Below are positions 48,837 to 62,400 of a DNA stretch of 64,000 nt, piece after piece. Both the position numbers and the translations under genes were made by a program. The stretch is from the NCBI GenBank assembly GCA_038087875.1, contig CM075977.1:80600001-80664000 (forward strand), written 5' to 3'. Numbering within the stretch: the first letter of the stretch is position 1; every line of letters begins with the position of its first letter. Origin of the DNA: Malacoraja senta (taxonomy: Eukaryota). A model generated the notes under the pieces. It saw nothing but the letters and a program-made list of their open reading frames with translations. It was not told the origin of the DNA and ran no database searches.

Positions 48837-48963
48837 CCTTCGTTTGGATATGCCATTATATCACCAAAAAGGAGAACACCAGTGGCTTTAATTCGACCTT
48901 CTGATTTGTCAGAAATCCAGGAAGAAGGCAAACAACTGCTCAAGGATGATACACTTTGTCCAG
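48837..48963 (+). CDS. CEP192: CEP192 exon 15
   Basis: PSFGYAIISPKRRTPVALIRPSD (cf. PSFGYFIRSPEKREPIALIRKSD); phase 0 to 1. Confidence 0.9.
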
Positions 48964-50050
48964 GTAAAATAAAATTGAATATTAAATATTGAACACAGAA
49001 CACTTACCCCACATATCTCCTTGTAACCTTCCTCCTCACACTTTAAAGGTCTGCCCTCTAGTCTTTGGCATTTCTACCCTGTCTCTACCCCTCAGAATTT
49101 TATATACTTCTATCTGATTTCCTCAAACTCTAACGTTTCAGAGTAAACAATCAAAGTTTATCTGACATAGCTAATACGCTCTAAACTGGACGACATTCTG
49201 GTAAACCTGCACCCTCTCCAAAGCCTCCACATCCTGTCAAGGGGCAACCTGTACTGCACACAATGCTCCAAGTGCAGTCCAACTAACGTTTTATAAAGCT
49301 GCATGGTGACTTCCTGACTCTTATATTCAATGCCTCGACCAAGTCAAGAATACCATACCATTTGCCACTCATTTCCACCTGTGCTGCCACTTTCCGGACT
49401 TATTCCCCAAGATCCCTCTTGTACACCATTTCTGCTAAGAATCTAGCCATCAACTGCATACTTTCCTCTTGTATTCGCCCTCATAAATGCCTCGTACTTG
49501 AATTAAATGCCATCTACATTTCTCAAACTCTATCTATAATTGATATATATCTGATAAATATCTTACTGTCAACAAATTCACCAATTTTGGTGATGTCTGC
49601 AAACATACTAACCAAACCATCTACATTTACATCAATGTTTGATCACAAACAAAGGTCCCAACACTGATCACTGTGGAATACTGCTGGTCACAGACCTCCA
49701 AACAGAATAGCACCCTTTCACTACCACCCTCTGTCATTTATGGATAAGTCAGTTATGAATCCAAACTATTAAGTCACCATTTATCCCATACATTTTAATC
49801 TCCATTGAATTCTTAATTTGGAGACATTTTAAGTTGACTTGTTTTAAATTGTCAAATCTGTTTTCACTCAACTCATTGTATTAGATAATTTTGTATTGCC
49901 TGATGAACATTTCACTTGTATATTGTTTGTTTGGAACACATCTACAAACAATATTACACTTAATAGCTGCTACCAATTGGTTCATTATTCTGATATTTTC
50001 CCATTTTACATGATATTTAATGATGCAACAAAGACTTAATTTTCATGCAG

Positions 50051-50178
50051 ACGATCTGGATCAAACTCTTTGTGGAACTTCTGCGGAATTTTCAACTGCA
50101 TTTCTGGTTAATAAGCAGACTGAAGATCACAGGTTTAACAAGGAACCAAGTTCAAACATTCAAACGAAAGAAAGTATG
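50051..50178 (+). CDS. CEP192: CEP192 exon 16
   Basis: GCAG/GTCAGT; phase 1 to 0 bridges the flanking exons. Confidence 0.7.
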
Positions 50179-50474
50179 GTCAGTAACGGTATTATCTGAA
50201 TCTTGCATATATAAAGTGCAATAATATTTAACCTAAGTTTAAATCCAGTGAAAGCTTTAATCTGAACGGGGTTGAGAATGAGCTAGTTCCGTTAGAGTTC
50301 TATGGTTTCCACGTTGTATGAATAAGCCTGCCTATAGGTTCTACAGTTGGACAAACATGTTTGATGGGGGTGGGTAGACAGTTTGGGAAGTGGTGTTGCA
50401 TTCTGAGAATATAATTTGCCTGTTTAGTTTAAATTGTACTGAAAAGATTACTGAGATCTATTTTTCTTTCTTAG

Positions 50475-51603
50475 AATACAGGATTAAGTTCAAATCTGAA
50501 GGTTGAGGAAACTAAATTGAACACAGATTCAATCTTGAGCATAAGTACAATTGCTTCTGCTATAGCTGATGCTTCAGTAAGTGCTGACCCTGCTCAGCTG
50601 GCATCTATGATTTTGGAACTTTCTAATAAAAACCGGAAGAAAAATAAGCCGCAAGCAATGAGTAGAGAACCCACTCAAGTGAAGAGCCAGAAAAGCCATG
50701 TGATCAATAACATGGCAAAAAACCTTGAAATCCCGGGGGCCACTAAGAGTGAGATACCCAAATCTGAACTCAAGCTGTCGTCTAAATCTGTTTCTTCTGT
50801 TTTATCTGAAAGTTCCAGGAATCCTCAAAGCATGTTAAATTCATTTTCAATGGAATCCATGTCGAATGGCACCAGCAAGCAGAAAAACAAGCATATTATG
50901 CATTCAGAAGAGAAGTTGCAGAAAGGAAATGTTGAAATGGCCAATTCACTCAGACCGGTTGAGGGTGAAATCGGAAGCAACAGTCAAAATGAGCACAATG
51001 AAACCTGTGCACTTGAGACTCAAAATCCATCTTTTTCCAAACATAATAGTAGTAAATTGACCGATCCGAATTTGGTGGTAAATAAAAGTTATTGTGATCG
51101 TGCACCTGTATCAAGTGTTGGAAAAGTCCATGAAATGCCAGCCATGAATGGCACCACCATAAGAGCAGCAAAACAAATCAAAGCTCATTGTTCAAGAGAT
51201 AATGAATCCAGTTTGGACAAAATTCAATGTAAAACAGGAACTCAAGGTGGAGCAGGAATGACGCAACTCCGAGAAGGGCAGTCTTCAGAAAGGATATCGG
51301 CAAGTATGTCCAGGTCAGGTCAAAATATAACTCAAGTGTTTGCTACTTCTCAGTCCTCAGCTGTTGAAGATGCAATGACAAGTGATTCCAGTTTGCCTTG
51401 CCCAAGTATGCAAAATGTTGGACCTGTGGACCAAAGGTTTAGAGGATCAAGAATATATGAAAACGATAGAGCAATAATTAAAACTGCAACACCGCATTTA
51501 GGAAGAGATGTGCAGGAAACTCCAGATCTCCATGGAAAGGCAAAGAAAGACAACACTGTGCAGTCTAATTGCACTCCAGCTACACCTAAAGAATATAAAT
51601 CTG
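50475..51603 (+). CDS. CEP192: CEP192 exon 17 (large)
   Basis: LSISTIASAIADASVSADPAQLASMILELSNK motif; 409-aa ORF; TTAG/GTGAGC. Confidence 0.9.
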
Positions 51604-52429
51604 GTGAGCTATCGATAAATCAAGTGTTCAAAATGATAATGTCCACCAGTGGGGTTTTTTGTGATGGTATTTACCAGTATGACATACTGACACCTCTAAT
51701 GGGATGCATATTTATTGTATGGCTAATGGATAACTCGAGTGAATAAATTAGAAAATTTAATTTGTTAGATTTCTTCAGTTATTAAGAACGTAGAGCAGCA
51801 CAACGCAGGCCCTTCGGCCCACAAAGCCTATGCCAAACATGATGCCAAGATAACCTAATCTGCTTGCAGATGATTCATATCTTGTTCTCTGCATATCCAT
51901 GTGCTTATCTAAACATTTCTATTGTATTACAAGTTCAAGGGTGTTCAACAATGGGTATATTGATGGAAAATATATTGTTGATAAATGTAGCATAATTTAA
52001 ATTTAGAAGCTTGGCACCTTTATTTCTACGTAAAAAGCACTGGTGACCACACTAACTAATTTATGCAATAACCTGTTTTCAACGGCACCTTTTAGAAACA
52101 ATCCAATGGAAGTTATGTGATGAATTGTTTACCAATGTTTACTTTAATATCACTCTTTTTTAATACACGTATAAGCTCCTACCAACTGTTCTTCTATTAT
52201 TTGCTAGTTTACTTTTGTAGTCACTTTTTTTTTTAATTGCCTTAGTTTTTTTGTAATTTCAGTGTAATTCATTAATGATCAGACATAGCATGGAAAGCTA
52301 TGTAAAATATGAAGACTTGTTCCTTTATCCTAGTGCCATTATTCTTCATAATGGAACCTAGTGCTGTGATTAAAACATTAATGCAAGTGTGCATAATCTT
52401 TTCAGTAATTATCATGTCTTTCATTGTAG

Positions 52430-52529
52430 AACATGTATCTGAAGCAGATCAGCTAAATTTGAGACCATCAACTTCTCCATTGATTCATTCTTCACCAACC
52501 GATGTCACAGAGCTACCAACTGCCACAAG
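52430..52529 (+). CDS. CEP192: CEP192 exon 18
   Basis: LRPSTSPLIHSSP (cf. FRPSTSPLSHSSP); phase 1 to 2. Confidence 0.85.
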
Positions 52530-53316
52530 GTTAAAAAAATAATCCTCTTGCACATCTGTAGATGCTGATTTATCAAGGAAAGACACAAAATGCTGGAGTA
52601 AATCAGCAGGTCAGGCAGCATCCCCAGATGAGGGAATGAACGGAGTAAAAAATATCCTTGATTGGCTGTTTTTCTTGAACTAGTGTCAGGTGCAGATGGG
52701 GTCACGGTGGGGGGGAGAGACTGAACAACATCCACAACTGCAATTTCCTGCAGTCTTGGAGTAAAGCTTTTGCCAAACCCAGTCCCGATAGAATGCTTTC
52801 TATAGGGCATCTGTAGAAGTAGGCAAGATTTGTTGGAGACGTGAAAATTCCATAGTCTTCTGAGGAAGTGGAAGCATTGTGTGTGCTTTCTTGGCCGTAA
52901 CTTCAACGTGGTGCCTAGTGTAGAATAAAACCAAATTGATCAGAGCCCAATTTTATTTCTGGTTGTGAGATGTGAGATGAGCCGAATGGTCACAACTGAA
53001 TTAGTATTAGAATGTCAGAGTTGTCTTCATAGAAAATGTGTACTTTGTCCAAGTGTGAGGTTCAGTTTGGGGGGTTTTGGTGCCCTACGTGGTTCAGTAG
53101 CGACCTGATCATCATTGTCGCATGATTCTCGTGAACCATAGCCATGTGGGTAACTACTGGAGGTAGTTTGGTGTCAAAGTAACCATAGAACTGGGGAATG
53201 CCTGGAGAGCAGGGGAAAAAAAACCTGCCAGATTTCTGCAATGATATTGTTGTGAATGTGTGTCTGTTTGACTGCAGCGCTAATCCTAATGTCTGAAAAT
53301 ATAACTTTTTCTCCAG

Positions 53317-53431
53317 CAGTTCATCCTCTTTGATGTACTCCAGCTCAAATCTCAGTAGACTGAGTTATATTTCTGGTATGGATGCAACACTACAGAATAG
53401 CACAGCCATTTATGGTCCAGTGAATACTAAG
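53317..53431 (+). CDS. CEP192: CEP192 exon 19 (CAGCAG tandem acceptor)
   Basis: SNLSRLSYIS..DATLQNST; phase 2 to 0. Confidence 0.8.
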
Positions 53432-54344
53432 GTAGGAAAAGCTTATGAAATTCAAACAGAATTATTGGCTGAAAACATTATTTTTAATATAATCACGAGA
53501 CCCTATCCCATGGTGCTTTACAAAAACTATCAACTCTATGAGATGCATAAGGAAGATGAATAGAAACTGATATTTAGGAAAAGAATTCCAGAACACCCAA
53601 GTTGGGAAAAGTTGAAAGAATTGGCATCAGAAATGAATATTTCAAATTGGGTGTAGAAGTTGTCAGAATTTGAAGTGTGCATTAACGTTCAATGGCTGAA
53701 GCAATGAAGGAGATCACAAGACCTTTGGGGACAATGCCAAAAAGAGATTTGGGAGCCAGGTTGAGCAAATTTTTAAAATGTTTGTGAGTTTTGTGTATTT
53801 ACAACAAGTATAGGATGCTTGGTAAATGGATGTTTGTGAGAGTTAAAGTTAGTGTTTCAGAACTTGAGCTGCAGTTTTGGAGACTGACCGGACAAGGGTT
53901 GGAATTGTTGAATTGTTGAATCTAGTGGTACCAAATTTCAGGAGACCGGTTTCAGAGATCACAGGTTATAAACCCAATGCAATCTTTCAATTATGACAAT
54001 TGTTTGAAAAAATATGCAGCACGTCGGGTAGCCTCTGGGGAAAGGTCAATGCCTTTTATCTGTTTATTAACACTAATGTCTATTGGCTGAATGGATCTTC
54101 CACATGAAACCAAACTTCCACCTGAAGTCTACCGATTATTGCATTTCTCAGAATCCCAAAACCTATTGAGTTCTGTCTCGAATACTTTCAGACCAAGCAT
54201 CCACAATCCTCTTGGAAGATGTTTCCAAGGTTTTCAGTCATTTTTTAGACCAAGGCCAACTCCTTACTGGTAACAGTAAAAGAAAATATTTCCCATCTGA
54301 AACGTAACAACAATGATGTCTGAATTAAGGAGTAGTAGCTAAAG

Positions 54345-54765
54345 GGAGAGGATGGACAGACTTGGACTGTTTCCTCTGGAATGCTGGCATTTGTGAGGAG
54401 ACCTGATACAAATAAATAAAATTATCAGAGGTATAGACAGGGTAGATGGTCAGAATCTTTTTCCCACTATGGGAATATCAAATACTCGAAGGCATAACTT
54501 TAAGGTGAGGGGGGAAAAGCTTCTAGAAGTGTGGGGGCAATCTTTTTTGAGAGGGTGGTAAGTGCCTGGACTGTGCTGCCAGGGGTGGTAATTGAGACAG
54601 ATATGATAGTGGCATTTTAAAGACTTTTGGATAGGCATATGGATATGCAGACAATGGCGGGATATGAGTTACGTGCAGATGGTGGGAGATGGTGTTGGTA
54701 TCATTTTTCTCACAGCCTTTGTGGGCTGAAGGGCCTGATCTTCTTAGGTATTGTTTTCTATGTTC
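54345..54765 (+). mobile_element. Old CR1-type LINE 3' fragment
   Basis: Degenerate DRLGLF.LE...GDLIQ; ends GGGCTGAAGGGCCTG...TTCTATGTTCT. Confidence 0.6.
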
Positions 54766-55287
54766 TTTGTTGAAGTTCCTGAAACATTTTAATGTGATTA
54801 TTCTCATCCTTGTAAATGCTGGGGAAAATAGTGTTAGGCAAGTTGTGTAGGAAGGAACTGCAGATACCGGTTTAAACAGAAGATGTCACAAAAAGCTGGA
54901 GTAACTCAGCGGGACAGGCAACATCTCTGGAGAGAAGGAACGGGTGCCAGAAACTGGTCTGAAGAAGGGTCCATCGTTAGTCAAGCTGTTGTCTCTTCTT
55001 AGAATTATCTGCCATCCTAAGAATTAATGCCAATGAGTATTTATTGCATTTATGCAGTGGTGCAGCTAGTATAGCTACTTCGTCACAGCTCCAGCAAACT
55101 TGTTTCAATTCTAATGTCTGCTGCTGTACATCTTGAGTTGGCACGTTCTCCGTGTAACTGGATTTTGTTTGTGTTCACTAATTTCTGTCTACATCTATAG
55201 ATGTATTTGTATCAACAAATATATATATATTATCCATCTGGCAATTTAACTCGTATATTTTTCCTAAAAAAAAATTTTCTTCCACAG

Positions 55288-56152
55288 AATGATAACATTA
55301 TTGAACTAAGTACCACAATTATTCGAGCAAGTCCAACAGCAACACCAGATCAAACTATAGTTAATACAAGCGAGCTGACGTCATTGGATGGATGTACAAA
55401 TGATTATTTCAATACTAATACACAACCAAGGAAATTGTGCAATGATGAGCAGCAAGAAAATGAAAACAGAAATTCTGTGGGTAAACATGAAGATAGACTG
55501 GACTTAAAATTTAACAAGTTACCTTCTTCACAATCTGAGAATGTGAAGACACAGCAATTGGATTCTTCTCCATCAGCGTCAAGCAAGTCAATAACGTACA
55601 AAGGATCACCTGCACAACACAAAACTGATAATGTCGGTGCGCCTTCGCAGAGCAAGATGAATGAACTGCATTGCATGGAATCCTTGGATGCAGCCTCCAC
55701 AAATACCAATGGATTGGGTGACAAATGTATGCCTATTTCGAGTTTTAAACCTCATGGAGCTGTGTCAGATATACCTGCAGTTCCGACATTACTGACTGCA
55801 AATTCATTATTAACAACTCCACTGGCCCAGCAATATCTGGGCAATCTCACCACCAGCACCAATTGCCTAAATGTACCTTTGACTTCATGTTACTTGGGGA
55901 ACACGTTGTCATCAAACATATACAGGCTTCCAGGTGGTTTGCCTGCTGCTAATTTGTTCATGGGGAATGTTCAAGCTTTTGGAACTCAACTTAATCCAAA
56001 ATTGGGAATGAGGATCCAAGACCCAGCTCAGTTCTACAATGCACATTGTATACCACAGGAATCTAATTTTCAAATGCAGTCTGTTGGTTATCAGCCTTCG
56101 AGAATGGGCATGCTTGATCATTGGTCAGGCGGTCCTCACATGAGTGATGTCG
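55288..56152 (+). CDS. CEP192: CEP192 exon 20 (gene continues beyond the window)
   Basis: IELSTTIIRASPT; PTLLTANSLLTTPLAQQYLG; ACAG/GTAGGT. Confidence 0.88.
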
Positions 56153-56730
56153 GTAGGTATTTTTTTTTTTTCAAAACGTTTTAAAGATTGTTGCTTCTTG
56201 AATTATGTTTTATTAATTACTCAAGAAACTAATGTTTTTATTCATCTACCAATTCCTCATTGCCCTTGATTGAGAAGCTGGTGTTGTGTCGCTGCTTTAA
56301 ACCACTGCAGTTTTTAATAAAATTTACTCCCAGAGTGCTGTTGGATAAGGAGTTGCAAGATTCAAACCCAGCACTGATCAAGGAGCGGCAATATTTCCAA
56401 GTCAGCGGAGTGTGCACCTTGGAGGGAAACCGGCAGGTGGTGGTGTAAACATCTTCAGTGATAGTGATCATTGTATCTCAATGTACTTGTGCATATGACA
56501 AACTCAACTTGACTTGGTTTGGGAGATGCTGACAAAGTTGCTTGGGCAAGTAACTGCATCTTGCATTATTTAGATGATAGATATGGCAGCCAGTGTGCAC
56601 TATTGGTCGTGGGAATTAATACTTGTGGTGGTTGATGGATAACAATCGAATTGTCCTCGATGTTGTTAAGCGGCTTAAGTGGTTGCTCGAGCTCAACTCC
56701 CCTTGGCGAATTGGGAGTATTCTATCACAG

Positions 56731-57750
56731 ATGAATGAATGAATATGTTTATTGGCCAAGTATGTTCACATACAAGGAATTGCCTTGGTGCTCCGCTCGC
56801 AAGTAACAACATGACATACAGTGACAATTAAGAATGACACATAAAACATTAGACATAATAATAAAACTTTATCGATTAAACATGTGAATTAAATAAAATA
56901 CCAGAGCAAAAGGAAGCTACAGATTTTTGGTTATTGAGTAGAGCTACTACTCATGGAAAAAAGCTGTTTTTATATCTGGCTGTGGCAGCTTTGACAGTCC
57001 GGAGTCGCCTTCCAGAGGGAAGTGATTCAAAGAGTTTGTGGCCCGAGTGAGGGGTCAGAGATGATCTTACCCGCTCGCTTCCTGGCCCTTGCAGTGTTAT
57101 AGTTCGTCAATGGAGGGAAGGTTGCAGCCAATAACCTTCTCAGCTGATCGGACTATTCGCTGCAGCCACCGGTTGTCGTGCTTGGTGGCTGAGCCAAACC
57201 AGACCATGATGGAGAAGGTGAGGACAGACTCTACGATGGTCGTATAGAATTGGACCATCATTGCCTGTGGCAGATTGTGTTTCCTCAGCTGCCGCAGGAA
57301 GTACATCCTCTGTTGGGCCTTTTTGACTGTGGTGTCGATGATGGCCCCACATTTCTGGACCTTGGAGATGATGGTTCCAAACAACTTAAAAGACTCCACA
57401 GATGTGACTGTGGTGTTGTTAATGGTGAGTGGGTGAGGGGAGGGGGAACTTCCCTAAAGTCCACAATCAATTCCACTGTCTTAACAGCATTGAGCTCTAG
57501 GTTGTTGCAACGGCACCAGGACGCCAGCTGTGTCACTTCCTGTCTGTAGGCAGATTCCTCCCCATCCTGGATCAGTCCAATCAGGGTTGTGTCATCCGCA
57601 AACTTGAGAAGTTTGACAGAGGAGTCTGGAGGTGTAGTCATTGGTGTAGAGGAGAGGGGAGAGTACGCAGCCTTGCGGTGCTCCTATGCTGAGGGTTTGC
57701 GGGTCCGAGATGTGCTTTCCCAGCTTCACATGCTGCTTCCTGTCTGTCTG
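56731..57750 (-). mobile_element. Rex1/Babar non-LTR retrotransposon, 5'-truncated
   Basis: [13 protein letters not shown]; KFADDTTLIGLI; KKAQQRMYFLRQLRK; (ATTC)n tail. Confidence 0.85.
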
Positions 57751-58827
57751 ATATGTCCCTTGCAGATGATGGAAAATTTTAGTTTGTGAGAAGATGACTC
57801 GGTGACTGCAAGGCACGCTGCCTCCAATCTACATGTACAACTGCTGTTTTTGTGCTTAGTCGAGCTAAGTTTCCTCAGTTGTCTCCTCTCCCCCCATCTC
57901 TTACTTACTATAATGTTTGAGTGAGGGATATCAAATCAGAAAGCCATATGGCACCGAAAAGGGCCCTTTGGCCCACCTTGTCCATGCCAACTAAGTTGGC
58001 ATATTGGGCTAGTCCTATTTGGCCCATGCTTCCCAAACCCCTAACATAGAACATTGAATACAGAACAGGAACATGCTCTTCGGCCCATAATGTCTCTGCT
58101 GAACCTGATGCCAAAATAAACTAATCTCATCTGCCTGCGGATGATCCATATCTGTCCAAAGCATCTTAAACGCCACTATGGTATCTGTGCAATTGTCTCT
58201 TAAAGATCTAAATAGATAAATATGACCAATTCTTAAGGAGTTGGTCCCCTTTCATCGACTTTTTGGAATCATGTGATGCAGCAGTACCGTAAAGATTACT
58301 GATTTCAGGTCATGTCGTGGATAGATTTACATCTCCAAACAAAGATTTAAAAAATTCTTTTTTAAGGGTCTTTTTCTACTATTTCTACTTTCTATTTTTT
58401 CTTTTCTTATATACACACTTCACGTTTTTCTATTTTCTACTATTTATTTTTCCTCTTTCTTTTCTCTATTTTTTTCTTTTCTTTTTTTTATTTTTTACCT
58501 CCTTTTCAAAAACATAAAACTAGAGGTTGTACATAAAATGCATTACGTTATGAAAAAAAAAAAAAAAAAAGATCTAAATTCCATTTGTTATTTCTTGACC
58601 CACCTTCCCAACTGATCGAGATCCTGTTATAAGCTTAGATATCCTTTGTCATTGTTCACTATACCACCAATTTGGGGGGTTTCTGCAAAGTCACTAACAA
58701 TGTTACCAACATTAACATCCAAATTGTTCATTTAAATGTCAAACAGCCGCCAACAGAAAACGAGGAGGAAGAACAAAACGGTGGTAAAATAACCTTGTAC
58801 AATCTTTTTCAAAGTTCTGAATATACT

Positions 58828-59245
58828 CAGGGCTCGAAATTAACGGTTGCCAATTGCCACCTAAAGTCCTGCCGGGCAACCTAAAAGCCATGTCATTTTG
58901 CCATGTTTGGCAAGCACCCGGGACACCTGCCGTTCAACTCTGAGCGGGGGCCCCCCTCTCTATCTCTCTCTCTCTCTGTCACTCTCCGTCTCCGCCCGCC
59001 ATCCTTGTCCGGGTCTCCGCTCTCCAGCTGCTCCTCATCCGCCGGCACAGCCGGCCGCCTTGCACATGCGCACTGCCACGGCCGGCACATCCTCCCCCTG
59101 CACATGCGCACAACCACGGCCAGCACATCATCGGCCGCCCTACACATGCGCACTGCCACGGCAACTAGTCGGCGCCAGGCACTTTCTCCCTTCCTTTGCA
59201 TTGTGGGAGATCTGGCCGCCATTGCTGTCCGGTCACCGCCTCGCC
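58828..59245 (-). mobile_element. hAT-like 5-bp-TSD element (copy 3), truncated by assembly gap
   Basis: CAGGGCTCGAAATTAACGGTTGCC is the reverse complement of the right end of 7187-9618; 59040-59245 matches 9200-9360. Confidence 0.8.
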
Positions 59246-59445
59246 NNNNNNNNNNNNNNNNNNNNNNNNNNNNNNNNNNNNNNNNNNNNNNNNNNNNNNN
59301 NNNNNNNNNNNNNNNNNNNNNNNNNNNNNNNNNNNNNNNNNNNNNNNNNNNNNNNNNNNNNNNNNNNNNNNNNNNNNNNNNNNNNNNNNNNNNNNNNNNN
59401 NNNNNNNNNNNNNNNNNNNNNNNNNNNNNNNNNNNNNNNNNNNNN
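59246..59445. other. Assembly gap (200 N)
   Basis: Run of N. Confidence 1.
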
Positions 59446-62400
59446 AAGGGATGTTGCGCCGTGCAAAGCCGGGCAAGGCAGGCGCTGCCGATGACGAACA
59501 GCAGACACGGCCAATCAGTGCGGCGATGGTGCAGGAAGGGGCGTCGCCATCCTGGCCGTGGCAGTAACTGGCAGGAGAGGAGACCAATCTGCGCATGCGT
59601 GGTTTTTAAGTTTTTAAAACTTGAATAACTATTAAAATATACCGTCGATCGGAACAAAACTTGTTGCTCTTGCAGCACAGGAGAATGGTGAGTAAGGCGA
59701 TGAAAAATTGTAGCGCTATCGTTTACCTTTTTTGCACAAATAGAAAAAACACGCAAACCGGAAGACAACAAGATCAGAGTTTTAGTTATATACTAGACCA
59801 AGTGCAGACCCGTTGGGTCTGGTCCCCGAAAGTGCTTCACACCCCGGGGTGTTGTTCCCGAACGTGCTTCAGACCCCGGGGTGAAAATCGGGGGAAAAAA
59901 GATGACGTCGTTTTCGGAGACAATCGAGTGGGGGTGGGGGGGGGGGATGGATTTCTCCCTCTCAGGTGCGTCTCGAGGGGGGGGGAAGAGAGAAAATGTA
60001 ATGTTATTATTGTACAAATTTTGATGAGAGGGAGGTGGAGGGTGGAGAGGAAGAGGGGAGAGGAAGGTAGGGAGAGAGGAGAGGGGTGGTGAGAGGAAGG
60101 AGAGGATGGGGGAGAGAGGTGAAGGGGGGGGTTGGAGCGGGCGTGCATGAGTCGAGCTGCGGGCTGTGAAGAGAGAAGGGCAGAGAGAGAGAGAGAGGGG
60201 AGAGACAGAGAGACTGGTACACAAAAAAAAGGTGGAGAAACTGCGGGTGCAGCAGCATTTATGGGGGGTGGGGATGGGCTGCGGCATCACACTCACACTA
60301 ACCACCCCCCAAGCACACAGGCGGGGGGAGGGAGACGGGGTTGGGGAGAGAAGAGGGGAGGAGGGGGAGGGAGGGGAGAGGGGGAGGAGGAAAGGGGAGA
60401 GATTGGGGAGGGAGAGGAGAGCAGGGTGGGGGAGAGGGAGGAGGGGGAGAGTGGGGAGTGGGAGGAGAGCGGGGAGGGCAGGAAGGGGGAGAGAGGTAGG
60501 GGGTGAGAGAGGGGGGGATGTTAGAGGTGGAGGGAGGGGATGACGGGAAGGGGAGAGAGGAGTAGGTGGAAGAGAGGGGGAGAGGGGTAGCAGGGAGTGG
60601 TGCAAGAGAGGGGAAGGGGATGGGGTGGAGATGGGGGTGAAGAGGGATGGGGGAGGGAGGAGGGAGATGGGGTAGAGGAGAGGGGAAGAGGGGTGGGAGG
60701 GGTGGGGGAGAGAGGGATGGGGTGGGAGGAGGAGGGGAGGAGTGGGAGCGGGAGATGGAGAGGGGTGGGGGAGGGGAGAGAGGTGTGAAGGAGAAGAGGG
60801 AGATGGGGTAGGGGGGTGTGGGAGAGGGAAGGGGGATGGGGGGAGAGAGTGATGGGGGTTGGAGGAGGAGGGGAGGAGAAGGAGAGGGGGATGGAGAGAG
60901 GGGTGGGGGAGGCGAGGGGAGGTGTAGAGAGGTGTGGGGGAGGGTGGAGGGAGATGGGGTAAAGGGGGAAGAGTGGATGGAGGGGGTAGAGTGGTGAGGA
61001 GGAAGGGGGTGGGGGAGCGAGGGAAGGGGTGGGGGAGGGAAGGGAGGTGGGGGAGAGGGATGGAGGTGGGAGGAGAGGGAGATGGTGAGGAGATGGAGAG
61101 GGGGAGGGAGAGGGATGGGGGAGGGGGAGAGAGGGATGGGGATGGAGAGAGAGGGAGGGAGGGGGAGGAGGGAGAGGGTAGGGAGGGAGGGGGAAGAGGT
61201 GGGAGTGAGGGGGAAGAGTGTGGGGGGAGGGAGCGGTGGGGGAGAGGGGAAATAGTGGGGAGGGAGAGTAGAAGGGGGAGGTGTAGGACAGTCCATCTGT
61301 TCCCCATTCCCTATCGCCCCAATCTTTCTCTATTCCCACACACGTGACAACGCCCTTGGACACAGGCTGTGGTGGTGGGGGAGGGGCTGGTGCTGGGGCT
61401 GCTGCAAAGGCATATGTAAATGGATTCATTCCGACTTGTCATCTGTGAGCATTGGGCATTGTGACATCACACAACGGAATCTACTAACATTCTATGGCTG
61501 AGCTGTTTTTTTAAACATTTTGTAATGTTTGGTTGAGGGGGGGGAGAAGTATTTTATTTTTAGAAGTGTACATAAACACGACCAAATTTAATCAGGAGTG
61601 GCCATTTGTAAAGATAAATGTAATCTGTTTAGAAATGGTAAAAAATATCGGCGTTTCCGCGTGCTGTGTGGGCCTAGGGCGGTAGCAAAGGTGAATTTTG
61701 ACGCCGGACGGATGGACGGATGGCAGCCACAGAGTTTTATATAATAGATAGAAGATAGATACTAAACCAACTGGACCCCTGTCACACGGGAGGCCTGGTC
61801 CCCCAACGCAATATTACACCACTCACCCATAGCTCCCACGGGAGGCAAGGAGAGATTTAGAGAGATATAGACCGTGGGACCCATTGTGCCCCGTCCTCCA
61901 ATGTGGGGGGGGGGGCCGCCTGGTGTCCGCACTCCCCCCGGAGACAGGCGCCCCCCGGAGTCAATCACCCCCATACCCCACAAGGAAAATTATGGAATTT
62001 GGGAGCAATGAATCGTCCCCATGTTGGGGGGGTGGGGGCGGGGGGGAAGAGAGCAGGGGCTTTGGGGGGTGCCGTTGGGGGGGGGCAGGGGTCAAGAGTT
62101 TTATTGTCATATGTCCCCGATAGGACAATAATATTCTTTCTTGCTTGGCTGTAGGGAAGTAGCTGTTCCTGAACCTGGACGTTACAGTTTTCAGGCTCCT
62201 GTACCTTCTTCCCGATGGCAATGGTGAAATGAGTGTGTGGCCAGGATGGTGTGGGTCTTTGATGAAGTTGGCTGCCTTTTTGTGGCGACGGGGTGGGGGT
62301 GGGGGGGTGAGTAACCCAGAGGGGGCGGGTGGTGTGAATAACCCGGGGAGGGGCGGGGGTTGTGAATAACCTGGAAGGGGGGAGGGGGGTGTTGGCTGCC

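Noticed and set aside
21658-56152. Whole CEP192 locus as a pseudogene
   Set aside because: Seventeen consecutive exons (~4.3 kb) keep frame, canonical splice sites and conserved kinase-binding motifs.
58893-59771. ORFs spanning the N run
   Set aside because: Open only because N codons contain no stops; flanks are two different transposons.
59793-61429. Long Pro/Ser/Leu-rich and Gly/Arg/Glu-rich ORFs (up to 504 aa)
   Set aside because: Artefacts of a G/A low-complexity tract that lacks stop codons; no domain signal.
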